Positions 56,141-63,590 of a DNA stretch of 64,000 nucleotides are shown here, piece by piece. The notes under the pieces are model-generated. The model was not told the DNA's origin. It saw only the letters and a list, made by a program, of their open reading frames with translations, and did no database searches. The number at the start of each line of letters is the position of its first letter. Within the stretch, counting starts at the first letter, position 1. Made by a program: the position numbers and the translations under genes. Source of the stretch: Candidatus Woesearchaeota archaeon (GTDB lineage Archaea > Nanobdellota > Nanobdellia > SCGC-AAA011-G17 > PNOQ01); the NCBI GenBank assembly GCA_043812195.1, contig JBDRML010000029.1:14212-78211 (forward strand). Reading direction: 5' to 3'.

Positions 56141-56810
56141 TATATTAAACATAAAAAAAGAATTAATCAAAAATATAAAAGAAATAAAATCCATATGGAT
56201 TATTAATGAAGATATATACATTCTAATCCCTGATAGCATAAAAAAAGAAAAAAAAGAAATAATTCAAAAAATTAAAAAAATAACAAAAGATATTAAAATT
56301 AATGTTTTAGAAATTGATGAATTATTTAGGGAAATAACAGATTATAATAAAAAATTACTAATTGATATTAGAGATGGCGATCTATTATATGATAAGTTAG
56401 GATTTATTAAATCAATCAAAATAAATATCAGAGAAGGAAATATAGTGGGCACAAAAGAATCTCTTTTTAGAAAATTTGTAAATATTGAAAAAAATTTAAA
56501 AGAAATAGAGCAAATAAAACGCGAGATAATATCAAATTTATATACATCTGCAATAGAAGCCTCACAAGCCATGATGCTAGCTTCAGGACTTGATATAACA
56601 ACACAAAAAAAAGTCCCAATTAGATTAAAAAAATTGTACAAAAGAGAGATAATTGATAAAGAGAGTTTAAATTTAATTAAAGAAATAATAAAAGCTTACA
56701 AAAACTTTGAATATATAAAATCAAAAATTCCAAGCCCGGAAATATTAGACAATTATATTAAAAAAATGGACAACTTTTTAATAAAAACAAGAAATGCAAT
56801 ATATAAATAA
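56130..56810 (+). CDS. Paralog-like protein with a degenerate NTase N-domain and a helical C-domain
   Basis: Its length and architecture match the upstream gene (..AIEASQAMML vs ..ATESAQILLL), but the GS/DxD catalytic residues were not recognised. Confidence 0.4.
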   Translation: MKNNILNIKKELIKNIKEIKSIWIINEDIYILIPDSIKKEKKEIIQKIKKITKDIKINVLEIDELFREITDYNKKLLIDIRDGDLLYDKLGFIKSIKINIREGNIVGTKESLFRKFVNIEKNLKEIEQIKREIISNLYTSAIEASQAMMLASGLDITTQKKVPIRLKKLYKREIIDKESLNLIKEIIKAYKNFEYIKSKIPSPEILDNYIKKMDNFLIKTRNAIYK

Positions 56811-56811
56811 A

Positions 56812-57309
56812 TTAATTAACTTCCCTTTTCTCAGGTTTAACATATTCCAATCCAAGAGCCTTAAAAACTCCCTCTTCAGTTTTGCCAGCTATTTTTTTAC
56901 CTGTTTTTCTATTAAAAACCCCATATTCATTTAATTTTAAGCCTTTTCTAATCGCCTTTATTCTTAAAACAATATCATATTCTTTGCTCCCAGTAAAGTA
57001 TTGTAAAGCAGCACCATAACTAGAATCATCAACAACTCTTAAATCAACATTTATTCCTTTTTTTAGTTTAACAGAAGATCTAGTAGAACCCTTAGACACA
57101 ACACTTCCAACTTCAGACATATTAACAAATTTTTCAATAACCAATTCATGATTTTTAGCTGAAACTAATATATCTATATCTTTAACCATTTCTTTTTTTC
57201 TTCTAATAGAACCAGCTATTTCAACTCTGACAACACCTTTGATTTTTTTTAATTTATTTTTAATTTTATTAGCAATAGGCAATAATTCACTTCTAGGATA
57301 TTTTTTCAT
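56812..57309 (-). CDS. Stand-alone Pol X (Pol beta-like) nucleotidyltransferase core, 165 aa
   Basis: AGSIRRKKEMVKDIDILV, NVDLRVV, GAALQYFTGSKEY and GLKLNEYG. It has no 8-kDa or PHP domains. Confidence 0.65.
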   Translation of the reverse strand: MKKYPRSELLPIANKIKNKLKKIKGVVRVEIAGSIRRKKEMVKDIDILVSAKNHELVIEKFVNMSEVGSVVSKGSTRSSVKLKKGINVDLRVVDDSSYGAALQYFTGSKEYDIVLRIKAIRKGLKLNEYGVFNRKTGKKIAGKTEEGVFKALGLEYVKPEKREVN

Positions 57310-57331
57310 ATTAAACTTTTAGAAATACTAA

Positions 57332-57754
57332 TTAAAAAAGTTTTCCTTGTATATATTTTGGAATATTATCAAATTTTTTTCTATCTCTAATATAATCCGC
57401 TTCATTATACTCAGTAGAAGCTAACGTAAATAATAAACAATCATCAGAATAGTTATACATTTTATGCCATATCATCGGTTTAACAATCAAAATATTGTCT
57501 CCCCTTAAACTTACTTCAACTTTTTCATATCCATTATTTAATTCTATATCGCAGCTTCCTCTAGCACAAAATAATGCCTGAATTGGTTCTTCAGGATGAA
57601 CATGATCTCCTCTCTTTATTAAAAGGCTTGTAGCGCCAGCCCAAAAAATTCTCTCAATTTTAAAAGGCAAATCAGAATTCTGAATAACAGACAAATCACC
57701 TCTTTGATCCTTAACTTGTTTAATTTTCAATAATTTATATTCTAACATCTGCAA
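57332..57754 (-). CDS. Cupin, WxcM/FdtA-like sugar ketoisomerase fold
   Basis: DQRGDLSVIQ...PFKIERIFW...RGDHVH. Confidence 0.55.
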   Translation of the reverse strand: MQMLEYKLLKIKQVKDQRGDLSVIQNSDLPFKIERIFWAGATSLLIKRGDHVHPEEPIQALFCARGSCDIELNNGYEKVEVSLRGDNILIVKPMIWHKMYNYSDDCLLFTLASTEYNEADYIRDRKKFDNIPKYIQGKLF

Positions 57755-57798
57755 AAGAAAGCATCAAAGAATCATTTATATAAGCTCCTATTTCACAG

Positions 57799-59250
57799 TT
57801 ATTCTGATAATAAAAACTCATTTAAATCTTTTTTGACCTTTTTCCCAAAATCTGTTAAATTCCCTTTTCCATCAAGTATATCGAATTTATTCAATTGTCC
57901 TATCAACCAATTGGAAGTTTTCTTATTTTTACCCAATAGGTATCTTGCACAACCTGTATTTCCTAGCCTCTCTTTCAAAATCCTTCTTCTTTTTGGATAA
58001 TATTTGAATATTTTATCTTTCAAAATTGAGATATTTTTTATTAATTCTAATGACCAAAATCTTATATACCCTTTATTTAAACCCTCCATATAAACTTTAT
58101 AATTAAATCCTGTTATCTTTACGATTTCTTCTAATATTTTTAATTCTTTAGCATTAGAGGTAATGATAATATGCCCATGCGATTTAGAACTTACTGAACC
58201 ATCCCCTTCCAAAACACCAAATATAAAATCCATTGCTAAACTTTTATCATTATTTACTTTAATTTCTTTCAATAATCGATTTAATAATTTATTATAATAA
58301 ATTTGAACTAATTGTTTATGTTCTTTTAAAATTAAAGATCCAAAAGGATTTATTGCTGGAGAAGATCCTTTATCTGAAAAATTAAGTCTAACTCTCTTTT
58401 GTTCTATATGAAAAGGTGTATTTTTCTCCCATGCATTAATCAAATAGTTTTTAATAGATTTCTCATCTCTATACTCAATTTCAGTAAAAGAGATACTTGG
58501 AATTATTTTAGAATTAAACACCAAAGAAGTATGCATTTTTAAATAATAATTGGCTTGTTCAAATGTTGAAGCACAAATCCCCCAATCATTTCCCCTTTTA
58601 GTCCCATCTGCAAAATAACAACCTAAATAATTAGCGAAATCTTTCAACATAATATCCAATTTTATAATTATAGGCATCCTATTTCCTAAAAAAATTATTC
58701 CATATTCATCATCTACTTTTGCAAAATTAAAATCACCAAACATTGCATTATTTTCATTTGAAGTTCTATTTAATTTTCTAATTATTTTAAATATGCCCTT
58801 TTTTCTTGATTTCTTTGAATCAAAAACACAAGTATATTCTTCTCTCCTTTTTCTTTTTGAACTATTTATTTTACAAAATTTAGTTATGTTATTTCCATCT
58901 ATAATTGACTTAATCTCTACAATATCCCCTGCTTCAAACAAGTACCTCGATGCAATATAATCAGGAATATACAACCTACCATCCGAACTTATTGTTGTAT
59001 AAAACCCATCAACTTTTTTTATTTTGATATTAATCTTTTTACCCAATAAACTACCATCTTTCATAATTCTACAAGGAACATAAAATCCCAAAGTACCATA
59101 GAACTTAACTTTGGAAAAAAAGCTAATTTTAGAATTTAAAATTAGTTCAACACAATCGTTTAAGGAGAAAGCATCTCTACTTCCCAATGGAATAGAAATA
59201 AAACCCACCCCCTTATTATTTCCCTTTTTCAAAATAGCTTGAAATTCCAT
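57799..59250 (-). CDS. LAGLIDADG endonuclease with an N-terminal AbrB/SpoVT-like duplicated domain (483 aa)
   Basis: C-terminal half: YLGCYFADGTK and FIFGVLEGDGSV. N-terminus: GFISIPLGSRDAF and DGRLYIPDYIASRYLFEAGDIVEI, resembling swapped-hairpin AbrB motifs. Confidence 0.7.
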   Translation of the reverse strand: MEFQAILKKGNNKGVGFISIPLGSRDAFSLNDCVELILNSKISFFSKVKFYGTLGFYVPCRIMKDGSLLGKKINIKIKKVDGFYTTISSDGRLYIPDYIASRYLFEAGDIVEIKSIIDGNNITKFCKINSSKRKRREEYTCVFDSKKSRKKGIFKIIRKLNRTSNENNAMFGDFNFAKVDDEYGIIFLGNRMPIIIKLDIMLKDFANYLGCYFADGTKRGNDWGICASTFEQANYYLKMHTSLVFNSKIIPSISFTEIEYRDEKSIKNYLINAWEKNTPFHIEQKRVRLNFSDKGSSPAINPFGSLILKEHKQLVQIYYNKLLNRLLKEIKVNNDKSLAMDFIFGVLEGDGSVSSKSHGHIIITSNAKELKILEEIVKITGFNYKVYMEGLNKGYIRFWSLELIKNISILKDKIFKYYPKRRRILKERLGNTGCARYLLGKNKKTSNWLIGQLNKFDILDGKGNLTDFGKKVKKDLNEFLLSE

Positions 59251-59315
59251 ATTTTATCTTAAATAATTAAATATTTAAAGATTTGTATAGTATAGAAAAT
59301 AAAAAGATTCTGCGG

Positions 59316-61145
59316 TTACTCCACAGAAACACATTTCGCTAAATTTTTAGGATGATCAATTTCGCAACCTCTTAATTTTGCCATGTGATAAGCTAATAAT
59401 TGTGTAGGAATAACAGAAAGTATAGGTGTTAAATATTCACTAGTACTAGGAATATAAATCACATCATCAACTCTTTTCATCAATTCATCATTTAAATCAG
59501 TAGTAATTGCTATTACTTTCCCACCACGACTTTTAATCTCCTCTATATTGTTTAAAACTTTCTTATACAATCTATCTAAGGGAGCAATAAAAATACTTGG
59601 CATATTTTCATCAATCAAGGCGATAGGTCCATGTTTCATCTCTGCAGCAGGATATCCTTCAGCATGAATATAACTAATCTCTTTTAACTTTAAAGCACCT
59701 TCCAAAGCTACAGGAAAATTATACCCCCTACCTAAATACAAAGCATTATTTGATTTATAATATTTATCAGCAACAGATTTAATCTTATCATTACTTCTCA
59801 AAACATCATCAATCAAAGAAGGCAACCTAACTAATTCATTAATAAGCTCTTTAGCTTTTTCATCTGAAATCTTCTCTCTAATTCTTCCAAAATACAAAGC
59901 CAACAAATATAATATAATACAATGAGATGTAAATGTTTTAGTAGAAGCCACACCTATTTCCTGACCAGCATATAAATATACCCCTCCATGAACCTTTCTA
60001 GCAATTGTAGAAGAAACAGTATTAACAATACCTAAAGTCTTAACTTCATATTTTTTAGCTTCATCAATAGCAGCTATAGTATCAGCAGTTTCTCCACTCT
60101 GAGATAATGCAATCAATAAATCCCCTTTCTTTAAAGCCGGATTTCTATATCTAAATTCAGATGCATACTCAACCTGACAAGGAATATCAACCAAATCCTC
60201 AAATAAATATTTACCATACAAACATGCATGCCATGAAGTTCCACACCCAGTTAAAATAATTCTTTTTATATCTTTTATTTCATTATCATCTAAATTCAAA
60301 CCACTAAACTTGGCATTAATTTTATCCTTATCTATTCTCCAACTAAAAGCCTCACTAACAGTTCTTGGCTGCTCAAAAATTTCCTTAAGCATATAATGTT
60401 CAAAATTACCTTTACTTATCTCATCTAAATCCATTTTTAATTTAGTAACTTCTCTATTAATATGCAACTCAGACAAATTCTGTATACTATAATCATTCTT
60501 CTTAATTATTGCCACATCATTATCATGCAAATAAATTACATCTTTAGTATAAGGCAACACAGGAGCAACATCAGAAGCAACAATCATTTCATTATTTCCA
60601 ATTCCAATTACTAAAGAACTACTTTTCTTAGCAATAAATAATCTATCTGGTATATCAGAATGTAACATCACAAAAGCATAAGCCCCTTCCAATAATTTTA
60701 AAGATTTAATAAACGCATCCTCAATATTATTATTTTTCATAAACTCCTCAACTAAATGAGCCATAACCTCAGTATCTGTTTCACTATCAAACTTATGCCC
60801 TTTTTCTTCTAATAGATTTCTAAGTTCCAAAACATTCTCTATTATTCCATTATGCACTATAGAAATTTTCTTACTGCAATCTGAAAGTGGGTGAGCATTG
60901 AAATCAGTAACAATACTTGAAGTAGCCCACCTTGTATGGCCAATCCCAATACAAGAGTCAGGCAAATTGCCAATATTATCTTCTAAAACTTGTATTCTTC
61001 CAACATTTTTCTTAGTATGAATTATATCATCTTTCAAAACAGAAATCCCACAAGAATCATAACCCCTATATTCTAATTTATTTAAACCACTAATAATAAC
61101 ATCTTTAGCTTCTTTTTCCCCAATATATCCAACTATTCCACACAA
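59316..61145 (-). CDS. glmS: Glutamine--fructose-6-phosphate aminotransferase
   Basis: CGIVGYIG is the Ntn catalytic Cys and the C-terminus is ..DHPKNLAKCVSVE. I place the start at TTG 61145, immediately before the Cys codon, because the Cys must be residue 1 after Met removal. The track start is 61160. Confidence 0.9.
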   Translation of the reverse strand: MCGIVGYIGEKEAKDVIISGLNKLEYRGYDSCGISVLKDDIIHTKKNVGRIQVLEDNIGNLPDSCIGIGHTRWATSSIVTDFNAHPLSDCSKKISIVHNGIIENVLELRNLLEEKGHKFDSETDTEVMAHLVEEFMKNNNIEDAFIKSLKLLEGAYAFVMLHSDIPDRLFIAKKSSSLVIGIGNNEMIVASDVAPVLPYTKDVIYLHDNDVAIIKKNDYSIQNLSELHINREVTKLKMDLDEISKGNFEHYMLKEIFEQPRTVSEAFSWRIDKDKINAKFSGLNLDDNEIKDIKRIILTGCGTSWHACLYGKYLFEDLVDIPCQVEYASEFRYRNPALKKGDLLIALSQSGETADTIAAIDEAKKYEVKTLGIVNTVSSTIARKVHGGVYLYAGQEIGVASTKTFTSHCIILYLLALYFGRIREKISDEKAKELINELVRLPSLIDDVLRSNDKIKSVADKYYKSNNALYLGRGYNFPVALEGALKLKEISYIHAEGYPAAEMKHGPIALIDENMPSIFIAPLDRLYKKVLNNIEEIKSRGGKVIAITTDLNDELMKRVDDVIYIPSTSEYLTPILSVIPTQLLAYHMAKLRGCEIDHPKNLAKCVSVE

Positions 61146-61208
61146 TGTAATATACGCCAAAATACTGCTCTTATAAATTTAATGAAAGTAACATTTAGAT
61201 TAAGTAAG

Positions 61209-61238
61209 CTTGCCATACACCACAAAATCATTTATAAA
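61209..61238 (+). promoter_or_regulatory. Conserved 5' cassette plus TATA box of a LAGLIDADG gene (second copy)
   Basis: cttgccatacaccacaaaatcaTTTATAAA lies 22 nt before ATG 61261 and matches 28071..28102. Confidence 0.6.
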
Positions 61239-61260
61239 GTTAAAAATCAATGCATCAAAC

Positions 61261-61968
61261 ATGAATCTATCAGAAAGAGGAAAAAGGAATGTAAGAATAA
61301 GATGGAATAGAATACATCAAAAAGAGATTGATTATATAAGGAAAAATTTAGATAAAACTTTTAATTTTAAATCTAGGTTATGTGGTTACTTAGCAGGAGA
61401 TGGCAATATTCTTACTGCTAATAGCAAAACATGTACTCATTATACAATTCGTTTTTTCCCAGATCATTATTCACTAATTAAACCATTTAAAGAAGCGTTT
61501 ATCAAAACATATAATAAAAATCCAAAAGTGAAAAAATTAAAAAACTATTATTTTATAACTATTGATTCCAAACCAATAGTATATGATCTCTTGTCACTAG
61601 TTGAATTTGGTACTTCAAATTGGAGTATTCCAAATAAAATTTTAACCAATGATAAAAATAAAATAGAATGGTTAAGAGCATTTTTTGATGCTGAAGCACA
61701 TATTCATGAAAAATATATTAGAATTCAATCAGTTAATGGAAAAGGATTAAAACAAGTAAAAGAATTATTAAACCAATTTTCTATTAATTCCAAAATTTAT
61801 GAATACGTTCCAAAAAATAAAAAATGGAATAAGGTGTACATACTAAATATTTTAAGGAAAAAAGATAAAATAAATTATTTAAAATTAATAGGATTTAATC
61901 ACACCATAAAGCTTAAAAAGTTAAATAAAAATCTTGATTTTGCCTTAAATAAAGCCGCGGTCGCGTAA
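61261..61968 (+). CDS. Free-standing LAGLIDADG homing endonuclease whose last 15 nt overlap tRNA-Ser
   Basis: LCGYLAGDGNI and WLRAFFDAEAHI. I prefer ATG 61261, because the track's TTG 61210 start lies inside the promoter cassette. Confidence 0.75.
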   Translation: MNLSERGKRNVRIRWNRIHQKEIDYIRKNLDKTFNFKSRLCGYLAGDGNILTANSKTCTHYTIRFFPDHYSLIKPFKEAFIKTYNKNPKVKKLKNYYFITIDSKPIVYDLLSLVEFGTSNWSIPNKILTNDKNKIEWLRAFFDAEAHIHEKYIRIQSVNGKGLKQVKELLNQFSINSKIYEYVPKNKKWNKVYILNILRKKDKINYLKLIGFNHTIKLKKLNKNLDFALNKAAVA

Positions 61969-62071
61969 TCTGGTATCGCACAGATCCTTAAAAGAAATAA
62001 AATTTTTATGGAGTGTAAGCCTGGAAAGCCTGACCCTTTTGGGTGTCTGGGTTCAAATCCCAGTCGCGGCG
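61954..62071 (+). tRNA. tRNA-Ser(GGA), class II, with a 35-nt intron (61984..62018) in the anticodon stem (29/30)
   Basis: Acceptor GCCGCGG/TCGCGGC, 3-bp D stem GCG/CGC, anticodon arm CAG|GC-CTGGAAA-GCCTG, long variable arm ACCC-TTTT-GGGT, T arm CTGGG-TTCAAAT-CCCAG and G73. BHB: central GCAC/GUGU, bulges AG|A and AA|G. Confidence 0.8.
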
Positions 62072-62138
62072 CTCATACTATTAGGCAAACGCCACATAAT
62101 TAAGAAAGTTTTAAATACTATTTTCAAGAAATATTTAT

Positions 62139-62597
62139 ATGGTTTTACCAAGAATAAATAAATTTGAAGATAAAAAGAAACTATATTCCTATATAATAAA
62201 CAAATTTAGAAATTCTATGGTTATATTAGTTCACGGTTCTACTGCCAATAAAAAAATTAGAAACTATTCAGATTTTGATGTAGAAATTTATGGAAAAAAT
62301 ATTAAAAAACCATACTATGAAATTCTCTTTATTAAAGAAGCTCCAGTCTTGTTATCTGTTTATTTTTACAAATATAAATCAGGTAAAAAAACAATACCAA
62401 AAAAAGGAATAAAAGTTATCAAAGGGGATTTTAGTAATAATTTAGATGGTGGAATTACTCCAATATATGGTGAAGGAAAATATACAAGTAAAGAGAGGTT
62501 AAAAAGAGATTGTCAACTGGTAACTGATTTTATGTTTAAATATTTTAGGTCTAAGGATAAAACATATCTCAAATATGTACAAAAAAGAATTAAATAG
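62139..62597 (+). CDS. Small nucleotidyltransferase (MNT/KNTase-like)
   Basis: VHGSTANKKIRNYSDFDVEIY (GS...DxD). Confidence 0.6.
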   Translation: MVLPRINKFEDKKKLYSYIINKFRNSMVILVHGSTANKKIRNYSDFDVEIYGKNIKKPYYEILFIKEAPVLLSVYFYKYKSGKKTIPKKGIKVIKGDFSNNLDGGITPIYGEGKYTSKERLKRDCQLVTDFMFKYFRSKDKTYLKYVQKRIK

Positions 62598-62647
62598 GGT
62601 GGTAAGGGTAAGAAGTAATTAGCCCTTGCCTAATAATCCTGCTACCA

Positions 62648-62659
62648 AGTCGCGGCGCT
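62648..62659. repeat. Duplicate of the tRNA-Ser 3' acceptor strand (agtcgcggcgct; first copy 62062..62073)
   Basis: A 12-nt exact repeat, 17 of 19 with flanks. A 10-bp inverted pair tattaggcaa 62079-88 / ttgcctaata 62626-35 lies inside the repeats. Confidence 0.8.
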
Positions 62660-62737
62660 TATAATTTTACAAAAAAGAATTAATTTATAAAAAAGAAAAA
62701 GTCCTACCATTATTAGGTAGGATTAATGAAATTATTT

Positions 62738-63415
62738 TTAATCTGTTCTTTTAATACATTCTATCTCTATAATACCATCATCATTTAATCCTTTAATGAT
62801 ATATTCTCTATAATGTTCTGTAAGAGATTCCATACTATGTTTTATATGTCTATTTGAAAGAGGAATTATCATTCCTCCTTTTTTATCTTTATCTAAAGGA
62901 AAATAAGGACGGATTCCATTTGACCAAGTTCCATAAAAACTTCCAAGATTAATAGCAGTATGATAAATAGGAGAATCTTCTCCTTCTTTAATAAGACTCC
63001 TAAATTCATTAGATGCTTTCCTTAATTTTTGTGCTTTTTCATGTGCTTTTTTATATGATTCATTAAATCTTGCAAAAGCCATATTTCCACACATACTTTC
63101 AACATTTTCTTCATCAGTAGATGTATATTTTATTTTACATTTTAATTGCCTATCATCATCCGGATTAAGAAAATTTATCTTTGAAGAATAATCATTATTT
63201 AAATAATCTTCAAGAAATTGTTCTTGAATCTCTCCCAATTCTTTAGTAGCATAAGCTAAAAAAACTATTTCTGCTGTTGCTTCTTGACAAATATGAATAT
63301 TTCCATTATATCTTTCTCCTAATTTATGAATACTATCACAATCTCCAAGACCTTCTTCTCTTCCCCTTTCATAAGTACTTGCAACAAGGTGAGATTCTAA
63401 AACCAATCTTTCCAA
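62738..63415 (-). CDS. Hypothetical protein; the frame stays open upstream to 63580
   Basis: The track ORF starts at TTG 63415. Another 55 stop-free codons precede it, headed by ATG-GAT-TAA (63589..63581). Confidence 0.45.
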   Translation of the reverse strand: MERLVLESHLVASTYERGREEGLGDCDSIHKLGERYNGNIHICQEATAEIVFLAYATKELGEIQEQFLEDYLNNDYSSKINFLNPDDDRQLKCKIKYTSTDEENVESMCGNMAFARFNESYKKAHEKAQKLRKASNEFRSLIKEGEDSPIYHTAINLGSFYGTWSNGIRPYFPLDKDKKGGMIIPLSNRHIKHSMESLTEHYREYIIKGLNDDGIIEIECIKRTD

Positions 63416-63590
63416 ATCTAATTCGGAAATTTTTCTTATAGTTTTAATAGCTAACTGTTTGATTGACTCTCCATGTTGAAGATTTATTCTTTCAGCTACA
63501 TATTCTTTTTGAGCATCTACAATTTGACTTACAAAAGGATCTGTCTTTGCATCATAAATTTTTTGTATATATTGTTCTAATTAATCCATT

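Noticed and set aside
61210-61260. TTG start for the LAGLIDADG ORF at 61210
   Set aside because: The first 17 codons lie in the conserved promoter cassette with its TATA box. By analogy with 28123, the ATG at 61261 is the start.
62596-62660. GC-rich segment downstream of the NTase gene as the 3' half of a split or alternative tRNA-Ser
   Set aside because: It shares only the acceptor 3' strand. I could not fold any T arm or variable arm upstream of it. It is better explained as an att-like duplication.
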